From NCBI GenBank assembly GCA_002269645.1, contig NIVC01001355.1:62001-126000 (forward strand): a stretch of 64,000 nt of DNA. The letters run 5' to 3'. This DNA is from Macrostomum lignano (Eukaryota). Below are positions 12,403 through 25,379 of the stretch, piece by piece. The position numbers and the translations under genes were made by a program. Each line of letters starts with the position of its first letter. Position 1 is the stretch's first letter. Below the pieces are notes generated by a model that worked only from the letters and a program-made list of their open reading frames with translations, searched no databases and had not been told where the DNA came from.

Positions 12403-15400
12403 CTAGCAACGTTCAAACACCCGGTACATATCCTGCAGGCTCACTAGCTTGCCCATTGCGCGCGAGTTCCGACAGTCCGTGTCCGGCTTGAACTGGGCCC
12501 GCATCGAGGGGAACAGGGCCAGCTCAACGCTTCGCTCTATCGGATCTCGGCGAGCTGTTGAAGCCTGCGAGGCTTGAGTCGAATGTGGCGCCGCATCGTC
12601 CTCGGCGCCTGGCTCCGGTGCGGCAGCGCCGGGAAATGGCGCCTTCAGAGCGTAGAATTTGGCCGTCTCGCGGCAGAAAGTCTCAAAGCAGGCCGACTCC
12701 GTGTTCCAGTCCACTTTGGTGGCCAGCCGGAGCAGGTAGACACCAAGGTAGTCCAGGTCGGGCTGGATTCAACAGGATGTTGCAACATGTCCAGCATGAA
12801 AACTCTAGTAATGCACTTTTAAGCCTACCAACCATTCTAGATCTTAGACCTCCCAAGAGTTTCAAACTCGGCACTTCAAATCTAGGGCCAAACCCTCGAC
12901 ACTCCAGATTGTATCTTGGCACCCTAGAGTCGATCTCGACACTCCAGACTGTATCTTGGCACCCTAGAGTCAATCTTGACACTCCAGATTGTATCTTGGC
13001 ACCCTAGAGTCAATCTTGACACTTCAGATTGTATCTTGGCACCCTAAAGTCAATCTTGACACTCCAGATTGTATCTTGGCACTATAGGGCCAAACCCTCG
13101 ACACTCCAGATTGTATCTTGGCACCCTAGAGTCAATCTTGACACTCCAGATTGTATCTTGGCACCCTAGAGTCAATCTTGACACTCCAGATTGTATCTTG
13201 GCACTATAGGGCCAAACCCTCGACACTCCAGATTGTATCTTGGCACCCTAGAGTCAATCTTGACACTCTAGATTGTATCTTGGCACTCTAGGGCCAAACC
13301 CTCGACACTCCAGATTGTATCTTGGCACTCTAGGGCCAAACCCTCGACACTCCAGATTGTATCTTGGCACCCTAGAGTCAATCTTGACACTCCAGATTGT
13401 ATCTTGGCACTCTAGGGCCAAACTCTCGACACTCCAGATTGTATCTTGGCACCCTAGAGTCAATCTTGACACTCCAGATTGTATCTTGGCACCCTAATGT
13501 CAATCTTGACACTCCAGATTGTATCTTGGCACCCTAGAGTCAATCTCGACACTCCAGATTGTATTTTGACACTCTAGGGTCAAACTTGGCACACCAGATT
13601 GTATCTTGGTACATATCCTAAATTGACAACCTAGATAGCTTTTTAAACTACAGCCAGGTTAAAACTTACCTGAAATTTTTTGAGAAGAAGCGGCAGACTG
13701 AGAACATTACCATCGGAATCTATTTCCATCGAGAAGTAATCAAGCAGCATCATTGACCTGAATGAGTGTGCAGTGAAAATTGGTGAATATTAAATTAAAA
13801 TAGTAATGTAATACAATGATTTGCCATGATCTTTTTTTCATTAGAACAATCTAGTGCGTGAATGGTACATCTAGTGGGTGAATAGCACAGCAGACTGTGT
13901 GAAGGGCACAGCAGACTGTGTGAATGGCACAGCGGAGTCTGTGAATGGCACAGCAGATTGTGTAAATGGCACAGCAGAGTGTGTGAATGGCACGGCGGAC
14001 TGTGTGAAACGGACAACAGACTGTGTGAATGGCACAGCAGAGTGTGTGAATGGCACAGCAGATTGTGTAAATGGCACAGCAGACTGTGTGAATGGCACAG
14101 CAGACTGTGTGAATGGCACAGTAGACTGTGTAAATGGCACAACAGACTGTGTGAATGGCACAGCAGACTGTGTGAATGGCACAGCAGATTGTGTAAATGG
14201 CACAGCAGACTGTGTGAATGGCACAGCAGACTGTGTGAATGGCACAGTAGACTGTGTAAATGGCAAAGCAGACTGTGTGAATGGCACAGCAGACTGTGTG
14301 AATGGCACAGCAGACTGTGTGAATGGCACAGCAGACTGTGCGAAAGGTACAACAGACTGTGTGAATAGCAAAGCAGACTGTGCGAAAGGGACAACAGACT
14401 GTGTGAATGGCACAGCAGAGTATGTGAATGGCACAGCAGACTGTGTGAATGGCACAGCAGACTGTGTGAATAGCAAAGCAGACTGTGTGAATGGCACAGC
14501 AGACTGTGTGAATGGCACAGCAGACTGTGTAAATGGCACAGCAGATTGTGTAAATGGCACAGCAGACTGTGTGAATGGCACAGCAGACTGTGTGAATGGC
14601 ACAGTAGACTGTGTAAATGGCAAAGCAGACTGTGTGAATGGCACAGCAGACTGTGTGAATGGCACAGCAGACTGTGTGAATGGCACAGCAGACTGTGCGA
14701 AAGGTACAACAGACTGTGTGAATAGCACAGCAGACTGTGCGAAAGGGACAACAGACTGTGTGAATGGCACAGCAGAGTATGTGAATGGCACAGCAGACTG
14801 TGTGAATGGCACAGCAGACTGTGTGAATAGCAAAGCAGACTGTGTGAATGGCACAGCAGACTGTGTGAATGGCACAGCAGACTGTGTAAATGGCACAGTC
14901 TAGCGTGAAAATGTCACAGCAGAGTGTGTGAATGGCACAACAGATATGTGAATGGTACAGCAAAATTGTGTGAATGGCACAACAAAGTGTGTGAATCGTA
15001 CAGTCTGGTGTGTGACATTCCAAAACAGCAAACAATGCAGCAGGCATGATAGTCACCTAGACTGCAGCACGGTCAGGAACCGTTCAATCAATTGCTCAGC
15101 GCCAGCTGTGGAGCAGTCGGGCCCGGCCAGTGTCCGGTAAGCGGGGCTGGACAGCAGGGCGGTCAACAGTCGTCGCACGGGCGCCGGTTCGGACAGAGCC
15201 AGCACTTCGAAATTGCCGAAATCGCGGCACATGACCTGGTAGAAGTACTTCTCCGACAGCAGCTGCATGTTGAGCAAGAGCAGGTCGCAGTCGCACTGGG
15301 CCAGGGCCAGCCGTCTGTCGATGCAGCCAACGAAGACCAGCTTGCGGAACTGGGCGCAGAGCTCGGCGTCAGCCTGCGCCTCGACTGAGCGCTGCATTCT

Positions 15401-18400
15401 GAACACGCACTGCAACCTCATCACCCGCCGATGCTGGCCCGGAGACGGCGCCGCGATAGCGGCTGCAAACAGGGGGGGGGCGGTTGAATGTCAGCTGACA
15501 GCTTGGTGACATGCTCCAGTGATTCTACTTTAGCAATCCAGATCCTCTTGAGCATCCCGAGACCGGCATTTGTACTCTGAATTATTTCTTGGCACTCCTA
15601 ATTCTACCTTGGCTCTCCTAATTCTACCTTGGCACTCCTAACTCTATCTTGGCTCTCCTAACTCTATCTTGGCACTTCTAATCCTACCTTGGCACTCCTA
15701 ATTCTCTTTTGGCACTCTTAACTCTACCCGGGCACTCCTAGCTCTACCTTGGCACTCTAATCCTATATTGGCACTCCTAACTCTACCCGGGCACTCCTAG
15801 CTCTACCTTGGCACTCTAATCCTATCTTGGCATTCCAGATACTAACACTGGCATTGCGGATTTTACTCCTTGACAACTTGGAATCCCAGAGCATTAGTTA
15901 ATGCTTAAGGACACTTGCACTTGCAGCACTCAGTGCTATTGTATAAATAGTAGCTTAGTCTTTTCTAGTCTAACATCACAGTAAGAACATCACACGTACC
16001 CGAGTGGGAGCTGCCAACTAGCTGGACTGACGTCTGTGTCGGAGACTGCCTCACACAATCGGCGCCTTCATCTGGAAAATATGTTGAAGACAATTTACCT
16101 ATAGGCCGAGAAATATATAAAAGTACAAGATTAAAACTAACAAACGATCAAAACTGTTGCGTACCAATGACGATACTCGCTGAATTAGCTGCCGTTGAGT
16201 TGGCGGACTGCCGCGGTTCCCCGTCAGCATTGTTGTCCTCATCTGGCGCTGAAAATTAAAGTTAGCAGTGCATTCTTAAGTTAGCCTATGGCTGGTAATT
16301 TTCTCAACACCTCCAACAAGAGTTGAGCATCTCCGGTCCCGGAGTCAAACATCTTCGGTCCCTGAGTTAAACATCTCCGGTCCCTGGGTTAAACACCTCC
16401 GATCCCTGAGTCAAACATTTCCGGTCCCTGAGTCAAACACCTCCGATCCCTGAGTCAAACACCTCCGATCCCTGAGTCAAACACCTCTGGTCCCTGAGTT
16501 AAACATCTCCGGTCCCTGAGTCAAACACCTCCGATCCCTGAGTCAAACACCTCCAATCCCTGAGTCAAACAACTCCAATCCCTGAGTCAAACACCTCCGA
16601 TCCCTGAGTCAAACACCTCTGGTCCCTGAGTCAAACATCTCCGGTCCCTGAGTCAAACACCTCTGGTCCCTGAGTCAAACACCTCTAACCCCTGAGTCAA
16701 ACACCTCCAACCCCTGAGTCAAACAACTCCAATCCGAGTCAAACACCTCCAATCCCTGAGTCAAACACATCTGACCCTCAGTCTAACAACTCAAACCCCC
16801 AAAACTCGATCAAAACTTGACTCAAACCGATATTAATGCATCGGATATGAAACAGAAGATATCACTCCTAATCTATCAATCCCTTCTCAATCTCTGCTCT
16901 CGCATGTCCCCAACCATACCCTACCGAACGCCACCGCACCTTCACCGCTATCAGCGCCCAATTTGGGCCGTTTCTGTGCCGGTCCAAAGAATGCTTCAAT
17001 GTTGGTGACGCCCGGCTCAACTCGAGATCGAATAACACTCTGCGATGATGACGCGGACTGCGACAGCTGCTGCGAAGCTGCTGCCCGAGGAACTGGCGAC
17101 TGTTTCTGCTGTTGTTGCTGTTGCTCTTGCTTGTTGGATGGCAGCACTGACTGTACTAGAAAAGTCATACTCTGCCTACCAGCGGCCAGTGCTGCTACGA
17201 TGCGGGATTGTATCTGTGAGATGTGCAACATTTTAGTACAAAATTTAATTATATCATTCGACACTTAAGGCCATAGACAATTGCAATTAATACGACACTT
17301 GAAGCCATAGACAATTGCAATACATTCTAAACTTGAAGCCATAGACAATTAAAATACATTCTAGACTTGAAGCCATAGACAATTGCAATACATCCTACAC
17401 TTGAAGCCATAGACAATTAAAATACATTCTAGACTTGAAGCCATAGACAATTGCAATACATCCTACACTTGAAGCCATAGACAATTGCAATACATTCTAA
17501 ACTTGAAGCCATAGACAATTAAAATACATTCTAGACTTGAAGCCATAGACAATTGCAATACATCCTACACTTGAAGCCATAGACAATTGCAATACATTCT
17601 AAACTTGAAGCCATAGACAATTAAAATACATTCTAGACTTGAAGCCATAGACAATTGCAATACATCCTACACTTGAAGCCATAGACAATTGCAATACATC
17701 CTACACTTGAAGCCATAGACAATTGCAATACATTCTAAACTTGAAGCCATAGACAATTAAAATACATTCTAGACTTGAAGCCATAGACAATTGCAATACA
17801 TCCTACACTTGAAGCCATAGACAATTGCAATACATCCTACACTTGAAGCCATAGACAATTGCAATACATTCTACACTTGAAGCCATAGACAATTGCAATT
17901 CATTCGAAACTTAAAATAATCTAATCCCAAGATAAATTACCGCATCCGCGATGGCGTCCTGATGCAGAAAGAACACCTCATGCTTGGTGGGGTGCACATT
18001 AACATCAACATTGTGCGGCGCAATCTGCAGGCTGACGTAGGCGAACGGCTGTGCACCTCGAGGCAGCGCCTCCGTGAATGCGGACTCCATGGCGCGGCGC
18101 AGCCGGGCGGACTCCACCAGCCGGTGGTTGATGAACAGCACTAGCTGAGTTTTGCGCCCGGCAAATGACGGTCCGGTCACATAGGCGTCCAGACTGAACT
18201 CCAACCGCTTGTCCTCGTGGTTCACGTGTATTAGAGCGTCGGCCGCTTCGGCACCGACCATCAGGCGAATGTTTGCGGCTACCGTGGAATCGGCTGGCGT
18301 CTTCAACGCTGTCAGACCGTCGGAGCCGGCCTTGCGAACCGACATGCCGACACGGGGATAGTGCAGCGAGTACAGGCTCACGACCTGGGTGGGGGGAGGA

Positions 18401-21400
18401 TTCAGAGAAGACGTGCGGAGGTGTAGACACTTAACAAAACATTTTTTCACACCAAACCTTTTGCTCATACGTCTATCAAACGATCACGTGCGCTGAAGAC
18501 GTTGCCTGCTATCGAGTAGTAAGAAAAGCATGCAAAAGCGAATATTTGCGTGTGCAAAAACTTTATGAAATTCTAGCGTCTCTGCAGGTGATGTCCTGAC
18601 TTAGCGACTGAGCTACTCCAACACCTCCCATCCCCGACTCAACACCTCCCATCTCTGACTCAACACCTCCCATCTCTGACTCAACACCTCCCAACCCCGA
18701 CTCCAACACCTCCCATCCCCGACTCAACACCTCCCATCCCCGACTCAACACCTCCCATCTCTGACTCAACACCTCCCAACCCCGACTCCAAAACCTCCCA
18801 TCCCCGACCCCAACAACTCCCATCCCCGACTCCAACACCTCCCATCCCCGACTCAACACCTCCCATCCCTGACTCAACACCTCCCATCCCTGACTCCAAC
18901 ACCCCATCCACAGAATATACACAGAATGCCAAATCGAGCGATTTCCATGAAGCCGAATTAAAATTCGTGTGCACTACTCTTGTTGTGAAGTCTATGGCCA
19001 GTAGTATAAATTAGCGAACAATAATAAGTAACCTGGAGGACCAAGTGTAAAATTTTATCATTTTTTCGTAGTTTATCATCTAAACAAACCAAACAATGAA
19101 GAACTCAAGTTAAACAGAATTCATTCGCATCATCAACAAACAACAGCTAAGCAGAATTCATTCGCATCACAGTTAAACTACAGTTAAACAGCATTTAATC
19201 GCATCAGCTTCTTCCTCTCTTCAGCTCTCTTTATTCCTGTCGTACGCCCCCGCTTTCTCTGCTGAGCAAGCGTCCTCTGACTGTTGCACCAGTGATTCAG
19301 GCGAAGTCTGGCAAACAACTTGGCCGTTGCCTTAGCACAGCGTTCGCCGTGAGGAGTCTGCTGAAATCAGACCATCGCCCTGCGGACCAGGACTGGGCGC
19401 ACTTGCACTTGCTGTTACTTTGGCCTGAAACTCGGTCAGCAGGGTGCTGCCATCGTTCTCGCAGTTGCTGTTGGTCTGCGATAGACAGCCCAACAAGTGG
19501 TTGACAGATAAAGACCTCAGTGCCGCCACGGCTTCTCGGCACTCCCGTCTGTCATTGAAGCCGCCTCTGCGCCGGATGCAGGAAAATCCGTTTTCGACGT
19601 TATCCTGTGTTAGCTGTCTCACCATCACCTTCTCAGTACTGTCGACTTGAAGGGCTTGCTCTGCGATTTGCTAAATCGACCTCAAACTGAATTGCCAGCC
19701 AGTATTGAACTTCATTCCGTTCACTTTGACGCCATCCTTGTGAAACTCCAAACCCTGCAACCAGTTACACCAATAATCGATTTCGAAATTCTTCGCGTCC
19801 CTGTTGTCAATTGTAATTCCATCTCGAGACAGTCTGCCATTTGACAAATCGCACACAACGGCACACTTCCATTTGCCTTCATTTATTTTCCAAGACGATC
19901 GGCTCGGAAAATGCGTCTGGCCCAGTCTTCGCATCTAAAATTTGAATTTGCGCCAGAATTGAAGATTAGCCATGTTTTTAATTGTGTGAATTGCGATGCC
20001 AGTTGTACAAGGGGGTATTTCAAAAGTTCGTAGACTTGGTTGTAGATTAGTTCGTAGTCAAATGGTTCTTGACTGCTCCTTGGAGAATGCAGTAAATGCA
20101 GTGGGGGGGGGTTCAGAGTTTGATCGCAGATTTCTCGCGGTCATTTCAGTCAATTTTGCTAAAAATTTAGCTGCAGGCTGTAGATATATGGAATAATACT
20201 TGTGAAAATTTTCAAGGGCATATGTTTAAGGGGAGATGGCTTCTCTACGAACTTTTGAAAGACCCCTCATATAATAAGTTTACTCACCTCTCGCGGCTTG
20301 ACGGAAATCGATGAAATCGGGTGTCCTGAGGGCACTTGTAGGCATAGTTTGGGCATATATAGGCTGCGCACTGGAGTCTGGATTTTCCAGCCATGCTGCG
20401 CAGAAAAGCTCAGACTGAACTTAATTTTCAGTTAAGTGAAAACCTTTCCTTTCCTTTTTCATTTTCATTCATAGAATAGTCTATTGCAAAAACTCAAGCC
20501 CTACTTATCAAAGCTTCACAACAAGAGTAGGCTGGTGGGATTTTAATTCTTGTACCGATTTTTTAAACAAAAATGCTCGAATCGGCATTCTGTGTATATT
20601 CTGTGCCCCCATCCCCGACTCCAACATCTCCCATCCCTGACTCAACACCTCCCATCCCCTACTCCAACACCTCCCATCCCCGACTCCAACAACTCCCAAC
20701 CCCGACTCCAACACCTCCCATCCCCGACTCAACACCTCCCACCCATCCCCGACTCACACACATCCCACCCATCCGGCCCGACTCCAACAACTCCAATCCC
20801 CGACTCCAACACTCCAATCCCTGACTCACAACACCTCCCATCCCCTACTCTAACACCTCCCACCTCGACTACAACACCTCCAACCTCTATTCCCGATTCC
20901 AACATCTCCGACCTCCATTCCGGACTCTTAAAAAGCCACTGGTTGGTCCATGACGCAACTCGCTACAAAATCTAGTGAAACTGCGCCGCTCACCTCTACA
21001 ATTTTCTTGAACTCCTCAGTCGCCGATTTAAGTGTTCGCCGTCTGATGGGCACGTTGAAGAACAGGTCCTCAGCTGTGATGGTGGTGCCCTGGTTGCCTG
21101 GCACATATTTTACTGGCGCTTTCAGCTTGCCCTCGAAGTACTCGCCTCTGCGTATTACGGTTGTAGAAATTTAATATTGCTTAGTAAATAACTGACTGCC
21201 TACTTGTGCGGTCTGCACGTGGATTTCGAAAGTTTCAAGTTAGTTCAAAGCGAGAAAGATCGAAGGTTAAAAACAAAGTCTCAAGTGTAAAAACTCTGCA
21301 CAATAATCCTTTACCACATTGGCCTCTGACTAAAGGTCATAATGTACTTTTTTAAGTGAATCCAAGTATCGAAAGTTTCTAGAAAAAGGAGAAGCCTGAT

Positions 21401-24117
21401 TTGAAGAGAATGAATTCGGACATCTTAAAGGTAATTACCAGGTAACATGTTTCCGTCTATGCCTATGTCTATGGGCAAGACCAAGTCTACTGCTTTCAAA
21501 TTAAAATTCTCAACTTGGTTGCTTTAAATATAGCATTTTGCATCTAGTTTGAACAGCGGGATTTCTACGAGTAATTGGACGCTTGTGAAATTTACTCGTT
21601 AAAAAGGTGCAACGTTTATTTGCTAACAGGTTTGCATTTAACTTCACATGAAAGTTCTCCTTCATAATACTCCTCTTGGTAAAGCGTTGTCCGCTCTGAA
21701 CATTTTTTTCCAAATGTTGTACACAAATGACATCCAAGATCCTAGAAATCTCAGCCTCTGGATCACCAACGACGCTGACAAGCCGAGACATTAATATCTC
21801 TTTTTTTCTCTGATAATCTTTGCCTACCTGCAAATCGGATTGTCCATGACCTTTCTGTGCTATGCTTCTCACATAGACACTTAACGAGGAAGTTTGGAGC
21901 CACAGAGTGCATGTTTTTATATCTATTATGCCCAATTAGACTGCCGCATGTCTAACTTGATTTCTAATCAGTGTAGTTTTGCTTATGGCCATAGACTACT
22001 TATTGATTTTGACCAAAGATCATACACAAGATGGGCCGCCACTCATTAACCACGTATGTGGCCATAGAAGCTAATGTGAGAAACTTTGGGTATAGTGCGA
22101 AATAGTGCGAAAATCAACTACTGAACTCAATTTCGTCAGTAGTCTCTACGATGCATGCATCATTCTTAGTTTGATTGAGTAGCTTGTTTCATTTAATTCA
22201 ATTGTTTTCATGTCCCAGATTTATTAGTTTTATTTGACAGCGCTGGCACATATTGATTTCTGGTCAGCCATGCTTTGTGGTCATGCAATTTCGACAGACG
22301 TGTTAGCGGTATGGTGCAGTTTTGATAGTGACAGCAAGGCAGTCTTGGAGTTACATAGGCGTCTTTTTCAAAATGTAGGTTACACAGCTTCAGTTTGTGT
22401 TGCCTTACGACGTCATAGGGTTATAGCCTCTTGTTTCGATGCGTCCATCCAACGCTAAGCGGCAGATTCAAATTTTGGAAAATGGTGCAGAATGACATTT
22501 TGATTTAGTTGCGGAGAAAATATACACGAGTTGCAACCACAAGCCCAACAACATCTCGAGTTTAACATTCCAAAATGCTTTATTAGCTTGGCTGACCAAA
22601 GCAATATACATACAGACTACTATAAAGTATTACGACTTAGATAAATAACGGTAGGCAGTGAACAGGTAGCAGAACAAGTATCGCGGACCCCAGTCTCTCA
22701 CTCTCACCTGTAAGCGCACTCAGCCTCGGCAGTTTTACTAACAATAGACACGTGAGCAACGTGGCTAATACTGGCTAGCGCCTCGCCGCGGAATCCGTGC
22801 GTATTTAGCGAGCGCAGATCGGTGAAAGCCGCCAGCTTGCTAGTGGTGAATCGTTCGCAAACAATGGGCATATCGTCGAAACGGATGCCGCAACCGTTGT
22901 CAATGATTTGCAACAGCTTATTGCCGCCATCGCGAGCAATTATCTGCGTTTTTTAATAGTCGGACGAAATAACTGATTGTGATTTTGAGACAGAGAGGAA
23001 CTAAAAATGAAGAATATATTTTACTTTTAGTAGCTTAGACTAGATAGTGTATATATACCAGTCCTTCAATGAAGAGCCACCGCTACCCTCTCCCAGTCCT
23101 TCAATGTAGAGCCACCGCTACCCTCTCCCAATCCTTCAATGAAGAGCCACCGCTACCCTCTCCCAGTCCTTCAATGTAGAGCCAGAGCCACCGCTACCCT
23201 CTCCCAATCCTTCAATGTAGAGCCAGAGCCACCGCTACCCTCTCCCAGTCCTTCAATGTAGAGCCAGAGCCACCGCTACCCGCTCCCAGTCCTTCAATGT
23301 AGAGCCAGAGCCACCGCTACCCTCTCCCAGTCCTTCAATGTAGAGCCAGAGCCACCGCTACCCGCTCCCAGTCCTTCAATGTAGAGCCAGAGCCACCGCT
23401 ACCCGCTCCCAGTCCTTCAATGTAGAGCCAGAGCCACCGCTACCCTCTCCCAGTCCTTCAATGTAGAGCCAGAGCCACCGCTACCCTCTCCCAGTCCTTC
23501 AATGTAGAGCCAGAGCCACCGCTACCCACTCCCAGTCCTTCAATGTAGAGCCAGAGCCACCGCTACCCGCTCCCAGTCCTTCAATGTAGAGCCAGAGCCA
23601 CCGCTACCCGCTCCCAGTCCTTCAATGTAGAGCCAGAGCCACCGCTACCCTCTCCCAGTCCTTCAATGTAGAGCCAGAGCCACCGCTACCCTCTCCCAGT
23701 CCTTCAATGAAGAGCCACCGCTACCCTCTCCCAGTCCTTCAATGTAGAGCCAGAGCCACCGCTACCCACTCCCAGTCCTTCAATGAAGAGCCACCGCTAC
23801 CCTCTCCCAGTCCTTCAATGAAGAGCCACCGCTACCCTCTCCCATTCCATCAATAGAGAATCACCGCCAAATTTCTCTCCAAAAAATCACTACTCAAAAA
23901 CCTACAACTTCAATTGCAGGTACCAATGCAAAGCACACATATGGTAAATCGAGCACACCTGTACAAGTGTTGACCCAGCATCGATGCTATTCTCTAGCAG
24001 CTCTTTTACAGCGTTAAATGGACGTTGAATGACTTCGCCAGCAGCAATGCGATTCACAACAGTTTCATCTAGCCGTTGGATTCGGGGTAGACTGTCTGGG
24101 GCCTGTTGTTCCAACAT
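12403..24117 (-). CDS. MLH1: DNA mismatch repair protein MLH1 (MutL homolog), complete; exons 24117-23959, 22943-22708, 21147-20994, 18384-17941, 17213-16946 (or 16940), 16248-16165, 16071-16000, 15462-15057, 13757-13670, 12762-12403; about 756 aa
   Basis: GHKL ATPase motifs [62 protein letters not shown]; [23 protein letters not shown]; C-terminal FERC-stop diagnostic of MLH1. All junctions are GT-AG and in phase; exon sum 2271 nt = 757 codons. Confidence 0.97.
12880..13600. repeat. 40-bp tandem repeat (gacactccagattgtatcttggcaccctagagtcaatctt) in the last MLH1 intron
   Basis: Period 40 (accctagagt at 12961 and 13001); the unit is a dimer of two diverged 20-mers. Confidence 0.96.
13880..15010. 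repeat. 21-bp tandem repeat (aatggcacagcagactgtgtg)
   Basis: Visible units; source of the CVNGTAD/HSLLC ORFs. Confidence 0.97.
15590..15845. repeat. 20-bp degenerate tandem repeat (ggcactcctaactctatctt)
   Basis: Period 20 visible. Confidence 0.9.
16305..16790. repeat. 22-bp tandem repeat (ccctgagtcaaacacctccgat)
   Basis: Period 22 (ctccgat at 16441 and 16463). Confidence 0.95.
17268..17898. repeat. 34-bp tandem repeat (cttgaagccatagacaattgcaatacatcctaca)
   Basis: Period 34 (cttgaagcc at 17468 and 17502); fills most of MLH1 intron 4. Confidence 0.96.
18610..18908. repeat. 21-22-bp minisatellite (cccgactcaacacctcccat), left half of an array split by a P element
   Basis: The same unit resumes at 20606. 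Confidence 0.93.
19332..20394 (-). pseudogene. P-element (THAP9-like) transposase remnant: THAP exon 20394-20288 and C-terminal catalytic segment 19934-19332 with an in-frame stop at 19671-19673
   Basis: [36 protein letters not shown] followed by a GTGAGT donor; GWQFSLRSI*...[23 protein letters not shown] and SNCEND match the P-transposase motif RxxQDxLENxFxxIRxxGG. Confidence 0.85.
20010..20267. mobile_element. Small MITE nested in the P element
   Basis: Inverted termini agggggtatttcaaaagttcgtaga (20010-20034) and tctacgaacttttgaaagacccct (20244-20267); TSD not resolved. Confidence 0.7.
20606..20915. repeat. Right half of the 21-22-bp minisatellite split by the P element
   Basis: Same unit as 18610-18908, more degenerate distally. 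Confidence 0.9.
23075..23845. repeat. 41-bp (and 35-bp variant) tandem repeat (ccagtccttcaatgtagagccagagccaccgctaccctctc) in MLH1 intron 1
   Basis: Period 41 (cccagtcc at 23285 and 23326). Confidence 0.96.
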
Positions 24118-25222
24118 CTTTACACTAAACAACTTCTAAAATGTTTAAATAGCTTGAAGGCTGCAAAAAGGTATATTGAAATAAATGCTTAAAAATTATA
24201 TTTACTAGCACAAAAAGTTCCTTTGGCAATATCTCCATAGTAAAACAAACAAATAAGTTTTAAAATATATTTTTTTCAAAAGTAGGATAATTTTTAGAGC
24301 AATGGAAAAATCAAGAAAAAATAACTCATCTCTAACTTTTATGCATACTAGAGTATTAGATAGCCAGATTATTAGGTAGTTAATACTAGATTTGCCAACT
24401 TTGAAAAAATGCCTACCAACTATTTTCAATCTTTTTGCCACAGTTAACATTTATAAACAGCCAAGTTTAAATTATTAACATAAGTACTCTAAAAGTACTA
24501 GCTGTAAACTAGTATTATTACTATTACTATAGTACTACCTAAAATATGCTATAAAACTTTGTTTGGTGATAAAAAATGACCATCAGCATAGTTTATGCTC
24601 TGACTATATGTTCAGTTATTTTAGAATTCATAAACAGCTATATGAAAAATATAGAACTAGAAGTTTGACACATATTGCTTTATACAGCTTTGTCTTATCT
24701 ATTATAGTTCAAAAGTTACAAGTGCTTAAAGTTCAAAAACATGATAAAACCCTCTTGTGGAATGACCCTATAACAATATGGCATATTTAATTTAATTTCA
24801 ATTAATTTTTATTGAAAATATATAATTTTATTTTTAATACAATTTATATTTTAAAGAAAAAATATTTAAAAATACAATAGCATATAGATTAGATTAAATG
24901 CCCAAACAAATTATTATGATAGGCTCTATTAATTTCAATCTAGGTCTAGTTATTCAAAACAAAGTTGATAAATATTGCCATATAGGAAGCTATAACGTAT
25001 AAGATTAGTTATAGAGAATTTTTTTATGTTAATTTGATGCCTCTTTTTAGTTATTTACATGTAAGATTTTAGTAGAATAGAGTCTATAAACAAAAAATCA
25101 ATAAAAATCAAATATACCAAATGTAACAATTGATTGAATTAGATGATAATCAATTTTAAAATATTTCTAGAATTTTTATTTGATAAACTATTATGAAAAA
25201 AAATATTCAATACATTCATATG

Positions 25223-25379
25223 CAACCTTTGGAATCACTCAGCCATTTCTATTAGCAACACACACGATAGGCATGTAAGTTGCTATAGGTTAAAAGCAGT
25301 CACATGACTACTATTCTGTTGAATAGTGACATACATATGTGTGTTGCCAATAGAAATGGCCGAGTGAATCCCAAGGTTG
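25223..25379. mobile_element. Small MITE-like inverted repeat (about 157 bp)
   Basis: caacctttggaatcactcagccatttctattagcaacacac is inverted at the right end (gtgtgttgccaatagaaatggccgagtgaatcccaaggttg) with few mismatches. Confidence 0.65.

Larger units (their letters stand above)
18909..20605 (-). mobile_element. P-element superfamily DNA transposon, internally deleted (1697 bp), in MLH1 intron 3
   Basis: Perfect 22-bp TIR CACAGAATATACACAGAATGCC (18909-18930 / 20584-20605) plus subterminal inverted matches; flanks accccatc / cccccatc (7 of 8 bp TSD); encodes THAP and P-transposase fragments. Confidence 0.9.

Noticed and set aside
1306-15056. His-rich, CEWCGAV, RIQKSP, DSDWGF and CVNGTAD repeat ORFs
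   Set aside because: All coincide with intronic minisatellites.
21510-21935. 141-aa minus-strand ORF with ICVQHLEK, a possible THAP relic
   Set aside because: It lacks the N-terminal CxxxxC and conserved Trp and has no TIRs; the similarity is too weak to call.
12880-23845. Regular 34-41-bp repeats as possible CRISPR arrays
   Set aside because: Units are head-to-tail with no unique spacers, there are no cas genes, and the context is eukaryotic introns.
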